In this document: one piece after another, positions 46,660 to 56,635 of the stretch
Numbering within the stretch: the stretch's first letter is position 1
Layout of the letters: each line of letters starts with the position of its first letter
NCBI GenBank assembly: GCA_018240435.1
Contig: JAFEFT010000002.1
Coordinates: 35,262-99,261 of the forward strand
From: Pseudomonadota bacterium
GTDB lineage: Bacteria; Pseudomonadota; Gammaproteobacteria; Xanthomonadales; Xanthomonadaceae
DNA length: 64,000 nucleotides
Direction of reading: 5' to 3'
The notes under the pieces: generated by a model
Told to the model about the DNA's origin: nothing
The model's input: the letters and a program-made list of their open reading frames with translations, nothing else
The model's database searches: none
Position numbers and translations under genes: made by a program

Positions 46660-48591
46660 ATGGCGCAGAAGAAGGGGGCACCGCCGGCGCCGCACCTGTT
46701 CGAGCGGGCCGCGCTGTACTTCACCCGCACCTGGGGCCTGTATGAGCGTGCGTTCGGCCGCACGATCAGCGCGATCGCGCGGCGGATGCGCTTTTCGTTC
46801 TTCCTGACGATGACGGTGATCGCGCTGGCCCTGCTGTATTGGGACTACTACGGCTTGGGGACGTGGCGCGGTGTCCAGCTCGGTGGCAACAAGAATCTCG
46901 TTTCCGTCGAAGATTCGGTGTTCGACTGGGCGGTGGCGCGACGGCCGGTGGATCCGCGCGAATCGGGCAAGGTGGTGATCGCGGAAATCGACGAATGCTC
47001 GATTTCCCATTTCGAGAAAAAGGGATTGCCCGGCTGGCCGTGGCCACGCGATCGCCACGCCGACCTGCTGGCCGCCCTGGGCGATGCCGGGGTGGCGGTG
47101 GTCGGCTACGACGTGCTGTTCCTCGACAAATCGACCGAGGCCGATTCGGACCAGATGCTGGGGCAGGTGGCGCAATTCGGCGTGCCCACCTACTTCGGCG
47201 CCAATTTCGGCGATGCCGGCGACGACACGCCGGCCACCAGCACCGTCAACCGCTGGCCGACCGCGCTGCCGGTGGTCGCCAAGCCGACCGACGCACCGAC
47301 CGCATCGATCCAGCTGCCCTACGCGCCCGCTCTTCGCGATCGCGCCGGTTTCATCAACATCGGCCGCTCCGGCGACGGCATGATCCGTGACTTCCCGTTG
47401 TGGAAGCAATCCGGCGACTGGGGCGTGCCGTCGATGGCCGCGCTGGTGGCGGCGAAGTACCTGCACCGCAAGTTCACCCGCTTTCCGCAGAGCATCCGCC
47501 TGAACTGGCGGCCCTCGCATCCGTTGCCGGTGGTGTCGGCGGTGGATCTGTTGCCCGACGAGCACACGCCTTGCCTCAAGCCGGGCCAGAAGCTGCCCGA
47601 CCTGAAGGGCAAGATCGTCATGGTCGGCTACGTCGCCGCCGGCATCAACGACTTCAAGCCGACGCCGATCGATCCGGAGATGGCCGGCGTGATGCTGCAG
47701 GGCGAGGCGGTGGAAAACCTCGTCGGCGACACCTGGATCCGCATGCCGCACGAGGGGTTGAAGTACCTGCTGTCGGCGCTGCTGATCGCCTTCATCGGCT
47801 TCGAGTTCTGGCGCGGCGAGCCCTCGCAGGACATCGACGCGATCTTCACCGCCACCAACCTCGTGCTGACCGCCACCGCGCTGCTGACGCTGACATTCAG
47901 CACCTTTTTCTTCGACATCTTCACCACCGTCGGCATCTCGCTGACGTTCTTCGGGCTGTGCCGCACCTACCTTGCCGGCATGCGCGGGCGGGCGCTGGGC
48001 AACGACGATCACGTCCCCGAATTGGGCGAGCACGGCCGCCTGCACGTGGTGCTGCTGATCGTGCGGGTGAGCGTGGGTGAGCACCTCGACGTCGCCGGCA
48101 AGAACCCGGAGCTGCGCCGGTTCTGGGAAACCAACGAATACCGCCGGCACATCCGGCGCGCGCTGTACGCGCACGGCTACGCCAAGATCCACGAGGGCCT
48201 GATCGAGCGCAAGACGTTCCTTGCTTCGGATTTCCGCGACGTGATCTTGATGATCTGCGACGCGCCATCGGTCGAGGAACTGCGCTGGGAGATCCTGCAC
48301 GACCTGAAATTGATCAACGATGTGCTGCACCATATCGCCGACGAGAATCGCATCGAGCAGGTGATCACCGCCAATGGCGCCTATGTCGACCTGAGCGATC
48401 TGGATCAGGCGACGCGCGCCATTTCGTTGCAGAATACCTTGGGGAAGGTGCTGCAGATGCCGGTCGATACCAGCTTGCGCGCATTCGTCGCGGCCGATGT
48501 GCCCTGTCTGCCGCGTTATGTCTACCCGGGTGATACGCCAAAATCCGCCACCGAGGAGCCGACGCCATGCGATACCCCGTCCGAGTCCTGA
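46660..48591 (+). CDS. CHASE2 sensor domain membrane protein with an unassigned C-terminal cytoplasmic domain
   Basis: A 643-aa ORF. Its CHASE2 hallmarks are VVIAEIDECSISHFEKKGLPGWPWPRDRHADLLAALGDAGVAVVGYDVLFLD and GKIVMVGYVAAGINDFKPTP. Three TM helices follow, then about 190 aa without GGDEF, kinase or canonical cyclase motifs. Confidence 0.8.
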   Translation: MAQKKGAPPAPHLFERAALYFTRTWGLYERAFGRTISAIARRMRFSFFLTMTVIALALLYWDYYGLGTWRGVQLGGNKNLVSVEDSVFDWAVARRPVDPRESGKVVIAEIDECSISHFEKKGLPGWPWPRDRHADLLAALGDAGVAVVGYDVLFLDKSTEADSDQMLGQVAQFGVPTYFGANFGDAGDDTPATSTVNRWPTALPVVAKPTDAPTASIQLPYAPALRDRAGFINIGRSGDGMIRDFPLWKQSGDWGVPSMAALVAAKYLHRKFTRFPQSIRLNWRPSHPLPVVSAVDLLPDEHTPCLKPGQKLPDLKGKIVMVGYVAAGINDFKPTPIDPEMAGVMLQGEAVENLVGDTWIRMPHEGLKYLLSALLIAFIGFEFWRGEPSQDIDAIFTATNLVLTATALLTLTFSTFFFDIFTTVGISLTFFGLCRTYLAGMRGRALGNDDHVPELGEHGRLHVVLLIVRVSVGEHLDVAGKNPELRRFWETNEYRRHIRRALYAHGYAKIHEGLIERKTFLASDFRDVILMICDAPSVEELRWEILHDLKLINDVLHHIADENRIEQVITANGAYVDLSDLDQATRAISLQNTLGKVLQMPVDTSLRAFVAADVPCLPRYVYPGDTPKSATEEPTPCDTPSES

Positions 48592-50003
48592 CCATCACCA
48601 TCCTTGCCGCACTGGTCGCCGGCCCTGCGGTGGCGGCAAGAAAGCCGGCCCACCCGGCACCGACACCGGCACCGGCACCGGCGGCGGCGCCGCAGCCCAC
48701 TGGCAGCACCGGCGCCAGCGTCTACAAGGACGGCGTCGCCGTGCATCAGGCGGCGTCGGCCAGTTCGGCGACCGTCGCCACCTTGAAGAAGGGCGCAACC
48801 GTCGAAGTCCAGCGCCAGGATGGCCTGTGGTTCAACGTCAAGGCGCAACCGGATGCCGTCGGCTTCGTCAAGATCAACGAAGTGCGGCTGGCGCGCGCCA
48901 GTGGCGGCGGCAACGACGGCTACTCGATGTTTGGTGGCCGCCCCAAGGCGGGCGAGACCGCCGGCGTGCGCGGCATCAACGTCGAGGATCTGCGCGGTGC
49001 CGGCTACAACCCGGCGGCGGTGGCGCAGATGGAGACGTTCCGCGTCGACGATGCCAGCGCCGAAGCCTATGCCGCGCGGATGCACCTGCAGAAATCCCAG
49101 GTCGCCTACAAGAAAGAGCCCGGCATCGGCCAGGGCCATCGCCAGGCGTCGGGCTCGTCGGAAGAGGTGCAGGCGCAGCAGGCCGAGAGCTCGGCCGCGA
49201 AGAAGGGCCTGTTCGGCATGGTCGGCGGTCACTTCGGCCTGGGCAGTTCGGTGACCGACAACGCCGCCGATGCCATGCCCAAGAGCGAGCAGGAAAAATA
49301 CGACGAGGAGATCGCGATGGGCCCGCAGGTGGCCGGTCGCGTGCTCAGCGTGATGCCGGTCTGGAACAACCCCGAGGCGCAGCGGCGGGTCAACACCATT
49401 GGCCATTGGGTGGCCTTGCAGACGCCGCGCGACGACCTGCCGTGGACTTTCGTGGTGGTCGACAGCCCGACCATCAACGCCTTCGCCGCGCCCGGCGGTT
49501 ACATCATGGTCACCCGCGGCCTGTACGAGGTGCTGGCCTCCGATGACGAGGTCGCCGCCGTGCTCGGCCACGAGATCAGCCATGTCGTCTCGCGCGATCA
49601 TTACAACGTCATCCGCAAGCAGGCGATGGCGTCGATCGCCCTCAACGTCGGCACCGACAAGTTCGTCGGCGCCCTCGGCAAGGCGGGCGCCAACCCGTTC
49701 GCGCAGCGACTGGCCGGCTATTTCGCCAAGGAAGGCGCGGCAGCGATCCTCACCACCTTCGACAAGGACGTGGAATACCGCTCGGACGTCGCGTCGATGA
49801 TCTACACCGCGCGCGCCGGCTACAACCCGCTGGCGATGTACGCCGTGTTGCAGAAGATCGAGGCCGCTGCCGACCCGGGCCGCACCAGCAACCTGTTCAG
49901 CACGCATCCGAACCCCGAACAACGCCTGGACAACCTCGACAAGAAGGGCCTTGCGGCCGTCCAGCCGTACGTCGATCGCGCCTACACGATGGCGGTGCGC
50001 TGA
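48567..50003 (+). CDS. secreted M48 family metallopeptidase with an N-terminal SH3-like domain
   Basis: A 478-aa ORF with a signal peptide, a Pro/Ala linker, an SH3b-like segment (SVYKDGVAVHQAASASSATVATLKKGATVEVQRQDGLWFNV), and the HEISHVVSRDH HEXXH motif. It overlaps the CHASE2 gene by 25 nt. Confidence 0.8.
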   Translation: MRYPVRVLTITILAALVAGPAVAARKPAHPAPTPAPAPAAAPQPTGSTGASVYKDGVAVHQAASASSATVATLKKGATVEVQRQDGLWFNVKAQPDAVGFVKINEVRLARASGGGNDGYSMFGGRPKAGETAGVRGINVEDLRGAGYNPAAVAQMETFRVDDASAEAYAARMHLQKSQVAYKKEPGIGQGHRQASGSSEEVQAQQAESSAAKKGLFGMVGGHFGLGSSVTDNAADAMPKSEQEKYDEEIAMGPQVAGRVLSVMPVWNNPEAQRRVNTIGHWVALQTPRDDLPWTFVVVDSPTINAFAAPGGYIMVTRGLYEVLASDDEVAAVLGHEISHVVSRDHYNVIRKQAMASIALNVGTDKFVGALGKAGANPFAQRLAGYFAKEGAAAILTTFDKDVEYRSDVASMIYTARAGYNPLAMYAVLQKIEAAADPGRTSNLFSTHPNPEQRLDNLDKKGLAAVQPYVDRAYTMAVR

Positions 50004-50096
50004 CGGGCAGGGGCGGCGATCGGTGCGGCCGGTCGCTCGCCCTGAGACGGGCAGGCTTTACCATGCGCTCTGCGAACGAAAAATCGCGGAGCGATC

Positions 50097-51485
50097 ATGG
50101 AATTGATGTTGGCAGTGCTGACGGTTTTCGTGCTGGCCGGTGGTGTGTTCGCCTATCTTGGCTGGCGGCGCGACCCGTCGACGGCGCTGGCGGCGGCACT
50201 CGAAGCACGCCTGGACACGCTGCGTCAGGATCTCGACCGCATCGAACGCAGCCTGCGCGAGGAGTTGCGTGCCGCGCGCGGCGAAAGCCAGAGCCTGCTG
50301 GCGGTATTCGATGGCCGCCTGGGCCAGTTCACCGAGCGCACCGAGGTCGGCTTGGGCAGCCTGCGCCAGAACCTCGGCGACGACGCCCGACGCGGACGCG
50401 AGGAATCTGCGGCGGCGCTGCAACGCGTGCGCGAGTCGATGCAGGCGCGGCTGGACACGCTCAATGAAAACACCGAGCGCCGCCTCGACGCGGTGCGCGC
50501 GACGCTGGAACAGCAACTGCGCGAGTTGCAGGCCGACAACGCCGGCAAGCTCGAACAAATGCGCGCCACCGTCGACGAGAAGCTGCAGACGACCTTGAAG
50601 ACGCGCCTGGACGAGTCCTTCCGGCTGGTGTCGGAGCGGCTCGAACAGGTGCATCGCGGGCTGGGCGAAATGCAGGGCCTGGCCGGCGGCGTCGACGATC
50701 TCAAGCGCGTGCTCGGCAACGTCAAGACCCGCGGCATCTTCGGCGAGGTGCAACTGGCCGGTATCCTCGAACAGATCCTCACCCCCGACCAGTACGCGAG
50801 CAACGTCGCGCTGCGGCCGGGCGCCGGCGAGCGGGTCGAGTTCGCGGTGCGCCTGCCTGGCGCCGGCGGCCGCGACGACGCGCCGGTGTGGCTGCCGATC
50901 GACGCCAAGTTTCCGCGCGAGGATTACGAGCGCCTGCTGGACGCGCAAGACAGCGCCGATGCCACCAAGGCGGCGGAAGCGGCGATGGCGCTGGAAAAGC
51001 GCTTGCGCGAGGAAGCGAAAACGATTCAGTCCAAATACATCGAGCCGCCGCACACCACCGATTTCGCGATCCTGTTCCTGCCCACCGAAGGGCTTTACGC
51101 CGAGGCGCTGCGTCGGCCCGGTCTGGTCGAGGGCCTGTTCCGCGAGCAACGGGTGGTGGTGTCCGGGCCAACCACGCTGGCGGCGACGCTCAGTGCGCTG
51201 CGCATGGGTTTTCGCACGCTGGCGATCGAAAAGCGCTCCGGCGAAGCCTGGCAGGTGCTCGGTGCGGTCAAGACCGAGTTCGGCAAGTTCGGCGACGTGC
51301 TCGCCAAGACACACAAGAAGCTGACCGAAGCGGCAGGCGTCATCGACTCCGCCGGTGCGCGCACCCGCGCCATCGAACGCAAGCTGCGCGGCGTCGAGGC
51401 GGCCAGCCCCGAGGACAGCCAGCGGTTGCTGGGCGATGCGCTTCCAGCTCTCACCGATGGCGGCAACGAAAACGGCGCGGACTAG
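50097..51485 (+). CDS. rmuC: DNA recombination protein RmuC
   Basis: A 462-aa ORF with an N-terminal TM helix, a long coiled coil, and the RmuC core GIFGEVQLAGILEQIL...FAILFLPTEGLYAEALR. Confidence 0.88.
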   Translation: MELMLAVLTVFVLAGGVFAYLGWRRDPSTALAAALEARLDTLRQDLDRIERSLREELRAARGESQSLLAVFDGRLGQFTERTEVGLGSLRQNLGDDARRGREESAAALQRVRESMQARLDTLNENTERRLDAVRATLEQQLRELQADNAGKLEQMRATVDEKLQTTLKTRLDESFRLVSERLEQVHRGLGEMQGLAGGVDDLKRVLGNVKTRGIFGEVQLAGILEQILTPDQYASNVALRPGAGERVEFAVRLPGAGGRDDAPVWLPIDAKFPREDYERLLDAQDSADATKAAEAAMALEKRLREEAKTIQSKYIEPPHTTDFAILFLPTEGLYAEALRRPGLVEGLFREQRVVVSGPTTLAATLSALRMGFRTLAIEKRSGEAWQVLGAVKTEFGKFGDVLAKTHKKLTEAAGVIDSAGARTRAIERKLRGVEAASPEDSQRLLGDALPALTDGGNENGAD

Positions 51486-51502
51486 CCGCGCCGTTTCGTT
51501 TC
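51470..51502. terminator. bidirectional Rho-independent terminator between convergent rmuC and the permease gene
   Basis: An 11-bp perfect stem: aaacggcgcgg (51470-51480), loop actag, then ccgcgccgttt (51486-51496). It is followed by cgtttc on the + strand and by TTTT on the - strand. The loop contains the rmuC stop codon. Confidence 0.65.
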
Positions 51503-51520
51503 ATGAGGCCGTGATTTTGC

Positions 51521-53056
51521 TTACGGGCCGGGCTCGGGGCCTTCGTGGATCAGTGGCGTCGGCTCCAGCGCATCGGCACCCAGTTCGGCATTGCCCGGCG
51601 CCAGCGCGCTGGTGCGACGGCTGAAGGTGAAGTAGATCACCAGCCCGATCACGGCCCAGATGCAGAAGAACTTGATGGTCGGGTTCCAGCCAAGGCTGAA
51701 GAACAGCAGCACGCAGCCGGCCATCGCCAGCGGCCCGACCACCCAGACGAACGGCGTGCGGAACGGGCGCTTGCGATCCGGCGCGGTCTCGCGCAGCACC
51801 ATCACGCCCAACGCCACTGCGAAGAATGCGAACAGGGTGCCGGCGTTGGAAATGTCGGCAAGGACATCGACCGGGAACAACGCCGCGAAGAAGGCAACGA
51901 AAATGCCGGTCGTCCAGGTCACCACGTGCGGCGTGTGGTACTTCGGGTGCACCTTGGCCAGGCCCTTCGGCAGCAGGCCGTCGCGGGCCATGGTGAACAG
52001 GATGCGGGTCTGGCCGAAGATCATCATCAGCACTACCGAGGGCAGTGCAATCATCGCCGCCGCCGCCACCGCGTCGCCGACCTTGCTCCAGCCGATTTGA
52101 CGAAGTACGAAGGCCAACGGCTCCTTGCTTTCCGACAGCGCGCCGTTGGGTTGCGCGCCGACCGCGCCAACCGCCGTGTACGACACCAACAGGTAGAACA
52201 CCGTGCACACCGCCAGCGAACCGATCAGACCGATCGGAATGTTGCGGTTGGGGTTGGTGGTTTCTTCCGACGCGGTGGAAACGGCATCGAAGCCGACGTA
52301 GGCGAAGAAGATCGACGCCGCCGCGCCAAGCACGCCGGTGCCCGAAAGCGGTGTACCCCAGCCATTGGGCAGGAATGGGTTGAAATTGGCATGATTCACC
52401 ACCGGGAAGGCCAGTGCGATGAACGCGATCAAGGCAGTGATCTTGACCAGCACCAGCGCGGCGGTGAACTTGGCCGACTTGGAGGTGCCCAGTACCAGCA
52501 ACAGCGTCACCAGCAGCGCAAGCACGAAGGCGATCAGATTGAAGCCGCCGATGTGGGTGACGCCATCGACGAGATGGACGGCCTGGGTCTTGTCCGGGAG
52601 TGTTTCGGTGTAGAACGGGCCGGCGGTGAGGAATCCGGGCAATCCCAACCCGTGGTTGGCAAGAAATCCGTTGGTGTACCCCGACCATCCGACGGCCACC
52701 GCACCGCCGGCGACGGCATATTCGAGAATCAGCGCCCAGCCGACCATCCACGCGATCAGTTCGCCGAGCACCGCATAGGAGTAGGTGTAGGCCGATCCGG
52801 CCACCGGTACCATCGCCGCAATTTCGGCATAGACCAGCGCTGTCAGTGCGCAGACGGCGCCGGCAATGATGAAGCTGTACATCATGCCCGGCCCGGCCTT
52901 CTGCGCAGCGACGGCGGTCAGCACGAAGATGCCGGTACCGATGATCGCGCCGATGCCGAGCATGGTCAGCGAGAATGCCCCGAGCTGCCGTTTCAGGCTG
53001 CGCTTCTCGGCGGTCGCCAGAATCAGATCCAGCGGTTTGACGCGCATCAACGACAT
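51521..53056 (-). CDS. amino acid permease (APC superfamily)
   Basis: Taken from Met17 of track ORF 51521..53104 (MSLMRVKPLDLILATAEKRSLKRQLGAFSLTMLGIGAIIGTGIFVLT), with about 12-14 TM helices. Confidence 0.85.
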   Translation of the reverse strand: MSLMRVKPLDLILATAEKRSLKRQLGAFSLTMLGIGAIIGTGIFVLTAVAAQKAGPGMMYSFIIAGAVCALTALVYAEIAAMVPVAGSAYTYSYAVLGELIAWMVGWALILEYAVAGGAVAVGWSGYTNGFLANHGLGLPGFLTAGPFYTETLPDKTQAVHLVDGVTHIGGFNLIAFVLALLVTLLLVLGTSKSAKFTAALVLVKITALIAFIALAFPVVNHANFNPFLPNGWGTPLSGTGVLGAAASIFFAYVGFDAVSTASEETTNPNRNIPIGLIGSLAVCTVFYLLVSYTAVGAVGAQPNGALSESKEPLAFVLRQIGWSKVGDAVAAAAMIALPSVVLMMIFGQTRILFTMARDGLLPKGLAKVHPKYHTPHVVTWTTGIFVAFFAALFPVDVLADISNAGTLFAFFAVALGVMVLRETAPDRKRPFRTPFVWVVGPLAMAGCVLLFFSLGWNPTIKFFCIWAVIGLVIYFTFSRRTSALAPGNAELGADALEPTPLIHEGPEPGP

Positions 53057-53266
53057 ATGTGTCCCCAGAGATCGCGTGGTGATCGGCGGCGCATGGCGCG
53101 CCACAAGGCCGTCCGCCGCGCGGACTGCGGGCTACCATAGCTTGCGCGGCCATCGCTCACAAGCGGGAATCGACGAAATCGGCGGGATTTTTCGCGCCCA
53201 TGCCTCGGCCCTGGCCGGGTATGCTGGCGCCCCCGAGCCGGTCGCCCCCGGCATGGAGCAAACGAC

Positions 53267-53809
53267 ATGACCGCGAACCGCCGCGCACTGGCGGCCGCCC
53301 TTGCCGATTACGAGCGGCGCTGGCCGCTGGAAGCCGCAGCGCCGTACTTTGGCGCATTCCTTGGGCAATCCGTCGATGCCTTCGAGCGAACGCTCGCGAT
53401 CGGCCATTTCACCGGCTCGGCGTGGCTGGTCAGCGGCGACGGCCAGCGCGTGTTGCTGACGCACCACCGCAAGCTCGGGCGCTGGTTCCAGCTCGGTGGT
53501 CATGCCGATGGTGATGACGATCTGATGCGCGTTGCGCTGCGCGAGGCAGAGGAAGAATCCGGGTTGCGCGGGCTGGCCGTCGAGCCGGGCATCTTCGACC
53601 TGGATCGCCACCGCATCCCGGCACGCGCGGGCGAACCCGAGCACTGGCACTACGACGTGCGCTACATCGTGCGCGCCGGTGCCAGCGAAGATTTCGTCGT
53701 CGGCGACGAATCGCATGCGCTGGCGTGGCGGGAGATCAGCGAAGTCGCCAGCGATGAAGGCGCGGATGCCTCGGTGCGCCGGATGGCAGTGAAGTGGCTG
53801 GCGCGGTGA
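53267..53809 (+). CDS. NUDIX hydrolase
   Basis: A 180-aa ORF with the Nudix box GGHADGDDDLMRVALREAEEESGL. Confidence 0.85.
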   Translation: MTANRRALAAALADYERRWPLEAAAPYFGAFLGQSVDAFERTLAIGHFTGSAWLVSGDGQRVLLTHHRKLGRWFQLGGHADGDDDLMRVALREAEEESGLRGLAVEPGIFDLDRHRIPARAGEPEHWHYDVRYIVRAGASEDFVVGDESHALAWREISEVASDEGADASVRRMAVKWLAR

Positions 53810-53834
53810 GGCGCAGCATCCGTTTGCGGCAGCG

Positions 53835-54305
53835 GGGCTCACCAAGAACGGGTCGGCGCGCCCGCCACGAGCGGCTTCGCCCTTCCGCCATTCGCCCTGA
53901 GCCTGTCGAAGGGTGAGCGGGCGAGGGGTTGATCGTGGTTCGACAGGCTCACCACGAACGGCAGTGGGCTCACCACGAACGGACTTGCCCTTCCACCGTT
54001 CGCCCTGAGCCTGTCGAAGGGTGAGCGGGCAAGGGATTGATCGTGGTTCGACAGGCTCACCACGAACGGCAATGGGCTCACCACGAATGGCCTTGCCCTT
54101 CCACCGTTCGCCCTGAGCCTGTCGAAGGGTGAGCGGGCAAGGGATTGATCGTGGTTCGACAGGCTCACCACGAACGGCAATGGGCTCACCACGAACGGCC
54201 TTGCCCTTCCACCGTTCGCCCTGAGCTTGTCGAAGGGTGAGCGGGCGAGGGACTGGTCGTGGTTCGACAGGCTGTCCTGAGCCTGTCGAAGGGCTCGCCG
54301 CGAAT
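53835..54305. repeat. about 4 tandem copies of a 108-bp composite palindromic repeat
   Basis: The phase marker ttcc(a/g)cc(g/a)tt recurs at 53883, 53991, 54099 and 54207. The unit contains ccaccgttcgccctgagcctgtcgaagggtgagcgggcaaggg and gatcgtggttcgacaggctcaccacgaacgg hairpins. It translates to the familiar FDRLRANG / SLSKGE shadow peptides. Confidence 0.92.
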
Positions 54306-54401
54306 GGTCGCGACATGGCGCGCATGCAACCCGGAAATGGATGCAGTCGTGTGCCGATCGCGCCAATTCAGTGAAGGACGATCGAACAATCGTTTCGCCG
54401 T

Positions 54402-54848
54402 TCAGTGCGAGCCTGAAGCGGTCGGCATATGCACTTGCAGGTGCGGTGCCGGGTGTACGCGCACCGGGCTGCCATCGCGCGATTGGACGTCGACGACGAT
54501 CGCCGTGGTGCCATCCGAATGCAGACGGATCGGCGCGTTGGCTGCGCGCGCATTCGCTGCGGCAGCGCGCACCTCGCGGGAGATGACGCCTTCGGTCGCG
54601 CCGTGGATGGTCACCTGCACGTCGCTGCCGACTGGATCGATAGTGATCGTATACACGCCGCCGGCTGGCAGTGTCGGCCACGCGCCGAAGTCGGCGTGGC
54701 CGCTGGCATCGGTGGTACGGGCTGCGCAACCGCCGCCGGGCACCTTGCCCAGACTGATGCCGACCCCCTTGATGGGAGCGCCGGCCGTGGCCACAGCGGC
54801 GCATGCCAGCGCCAGAATGACGAGCGGTAATGTGTGCAGACGATTCAT
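54402..54848 (-). CDS. small secreted hypothetical protein (beta-rich, carboxypeptidase-regulatory-like feel)
   Basis: This is the last 148 aa of track ORF 54402..55715. It has the signal peptide MNRLHTLPLVILALACAAVATAGA, then GISLGKVPGG...TTDASGHADF. The C-terminal extent is uncertain. Confidence 0.5.
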   Translation of the reverse strand: MNRLHTLPLVILALACAAVATAGAPIKGVGISLGKVPGGGCAARTTDASGHADFGAWPTLPAGGVYTITIDPVGSDVQVTIHGATEGVISREVRAAAANARAANAPIRLHSDGTTAIVVDVQSRDGSPVRVHPAPHLQVHMPTASGSH

Positions 54849-54970
54849 GGTAATGCTCCAGGCATTGATCGCGGCGACGGTGCCGCGAACGCGCGTGCCG
54901 TTGTAGGCGCGTGCGCATGAATCAAGAATGACTTGGCGCCAGCACCCCGATGCGACAGCGCAGCGCCGAT

Positions 54971-55534
54971 TCAGACGCGACCGGCAAACTCGCCCGTCAC
55001 CGTGTTCACCCACACCTTTTCGCCGGTGGCGATGTATTCGGGCACCTGGATTTCGATGCCGGTGTTCAGGCGCGCCGGCTTGGGGCGCTTGGTGGCGGTA
55101 CCGCCCTTGAGCTCGGGCGCGGTCTCGACCACGGTCAGCGCGACCGAGGTCGGCAGCAGCACGCCAACCGGGGCGTCGTCGATGATCTGCACGTAGCAGC
55201 CTTCCATGTCCTCGGTGATGAAATGCGCGGCGTCGCCGATGGCGTCCGGATCGAGTGCATAGGGCGTGTAATCCTCGGCATCGAGGAACACGAAGGCCTC
55301 GCCATCCTTGTACGAGAAGTTGGCCTGCCGGCGCACGAGGTCGACCTCGCGCAGTTCGTCGTCGGCATCGAAGCTGGCGTCGAGTTTGTTGCCGCCTGGC
55401 ACCGAGTACATCACGAAGCGGAAGCGGACGTTGCCGCCGCGACCCTGCGGCGAGCTGCGCTCGATGTCGCGGATTTGGTAGACGCCATTGTTGTATTCGA
55501 CGACGGTGGCTTTCTTGATTTCGGAGGCTTTCAT
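54971..55534 (-). CDS. yeiP: elongation factor P-like protein YeiP (EfpL)
   Basis: Taken from Met67 of track ORF 54971..55732: [40 protein letters not shown]...[11 protein letters not shown]...[13 protein letters not shown]. It is collinear with E. coli YeiP. Confidence 0.85.
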   Translation of the reverse strand: MKASEIKKATVVEYNNGVYQIRDIERSSPQGRGGNVRFRFVMYSVPGGNKLDASFDADDELREVDLVRRQANFSYKDGEAFVFLDAEDYTPYALDPDAIGDAAHFITEDMEGCYVQIIDDAPVGVLLPTSVALTVVETAPELKGGTATKRPKPARLNTGIEIQVPEYIATGEKVWVNTVTGEFAGRV

Positions 55535-55782
55535 GGGAGGTCCGGGAGGCGGGAATCGGGAGGCGGGAGGTATCTCCTTCCGCCGCGAGAAGGTGCTGCG
55601 GCTGATGCGGATGCGGGCAGCCTGCGCCGGGTATCGGGCTTTGTCGGAGGCACGGTCCTGACCCGCGGCGCGATTCGGGGGCAGGACACCTGTGTTCGCT
55701 GGCTGGAAGAAACAATCGGGTTTTCGTGCCACGATAAAGCGTTGGCGCGCGCTGTCATCGATTCTCGATTGCCGATTCCCGG

Positions 55783-56553
55783 TTACTTCGGCGCCAAGCG
55801 CACCGCGCCATCCAGCCGAATCGTTTCGCCGTTCAAATAGCGGCTGCGCAGGATGAAGGCGACGAGGTCGGCGTACTCCTCCGGTTTGCCAAGGCGCGAC
55901 GGGAACGGGATCGACGCGGAGAGCGATTTCTGCACGTCGTCGGGCATGCCATCGACCATCGGTGTCCAGAAGATGCCCGGTGCCACCGCCATCACCCGGA
56001 TGCCGAAGCGCGCCAGCTCGCGCGCCATCGGCAAGGTCATGCCGACCACGCCGCCTTTGGACGCCGAATACGCGGCCTGGCCAATCTGGCCCTCGAAGGC
56101 GGCGACGCTGGCGGTGTTGACGATCACTCCGCGCTCGCCGTCCTCGCCCGCCTCGTTGTGCTGCATCAGCGCAGCGGCGGCCTTGGCGACGTTGAAGCTG
56201 CCGATCAGGTTGACGCCGACCGTCATCGAGAAGTTCTTCAGCGGCATCGCCGCGTCGCGGCCGAGCACGCGCCCGGCGCCGAGGATGCCGGCGCAGTTGA
56301 CGGCGACGTTGAGCCCGCCGAGAAAGTCCTTCGCGGCGGCGACGTTGGCCTGCACGCCGGCTTCGTCGGTCACGTCGGTGCGGAAATAGCGCGCGTTGGC
56401 ATCGCCGAGCTGCGCGACCGCGGCCGCGCCCTTGTCGTCGTTGACGTCGAACAGCGCGACCTTGCCGCCATGCGCGACCAGATGCGAGGCCACGGCGAAG
56501 CCGAGTCCGGATACGCCGCCGGTGACGATGGCGCGGGTGGAGTTGAGATGCAT
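55783..56553 (-). CDS. 3-hydroxyacyl-CoA dehydrogenase, SDR type (HSD17B10 / 3-hydroxy-2-methylbutyryl-CoA dehydrogenase-like)
   Basis: A 256-aa ORF with [56 protein letters not shown]. Confidence 0.8.
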   Translation of the reverse strand: MHLNSTRAIVTGGVSGLGFAVASHLVAHGGKVALFDVNDDKGAAAVAQLGDANARYFRTDVTDEAGVQANVAAAKDFLGGLNVAVNCAGILGAGRVLGRDAAMPLKNFSMTVGVNLIGSFNVAKAAAALMQHNEAGEDGERGVIVNTASVAAFEGQIGQAAYSASKGGVVGMTLPMARELARFGIRVMAVAPGIFWTPMVDGMPDDVQKSLSASIPFPSRLGKPEEYADLVAFILRSRYLNGETIRLDGAVRLAPK

Positions 56554-56635
56554 GGGTGATCCGTGCGAGGGGAAACGCGCATTTTACCCGAGCGCCGGGC
56601 GCGCCGGCGTTGCGTCGCCGCCGTCACCCTGTCGA

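Noticed and set aside
45796-48333. An 845-aa minus-strand ORF antisense to the PAP2-like and CHASE2 genes. A similar case is the 694-aa ORF 60478..62562(-).
   Set aside because: Their composition is shadow-like. The opposite or alternative frames carry clear CHASE2, biotin carboxylase and crotonase motifs.
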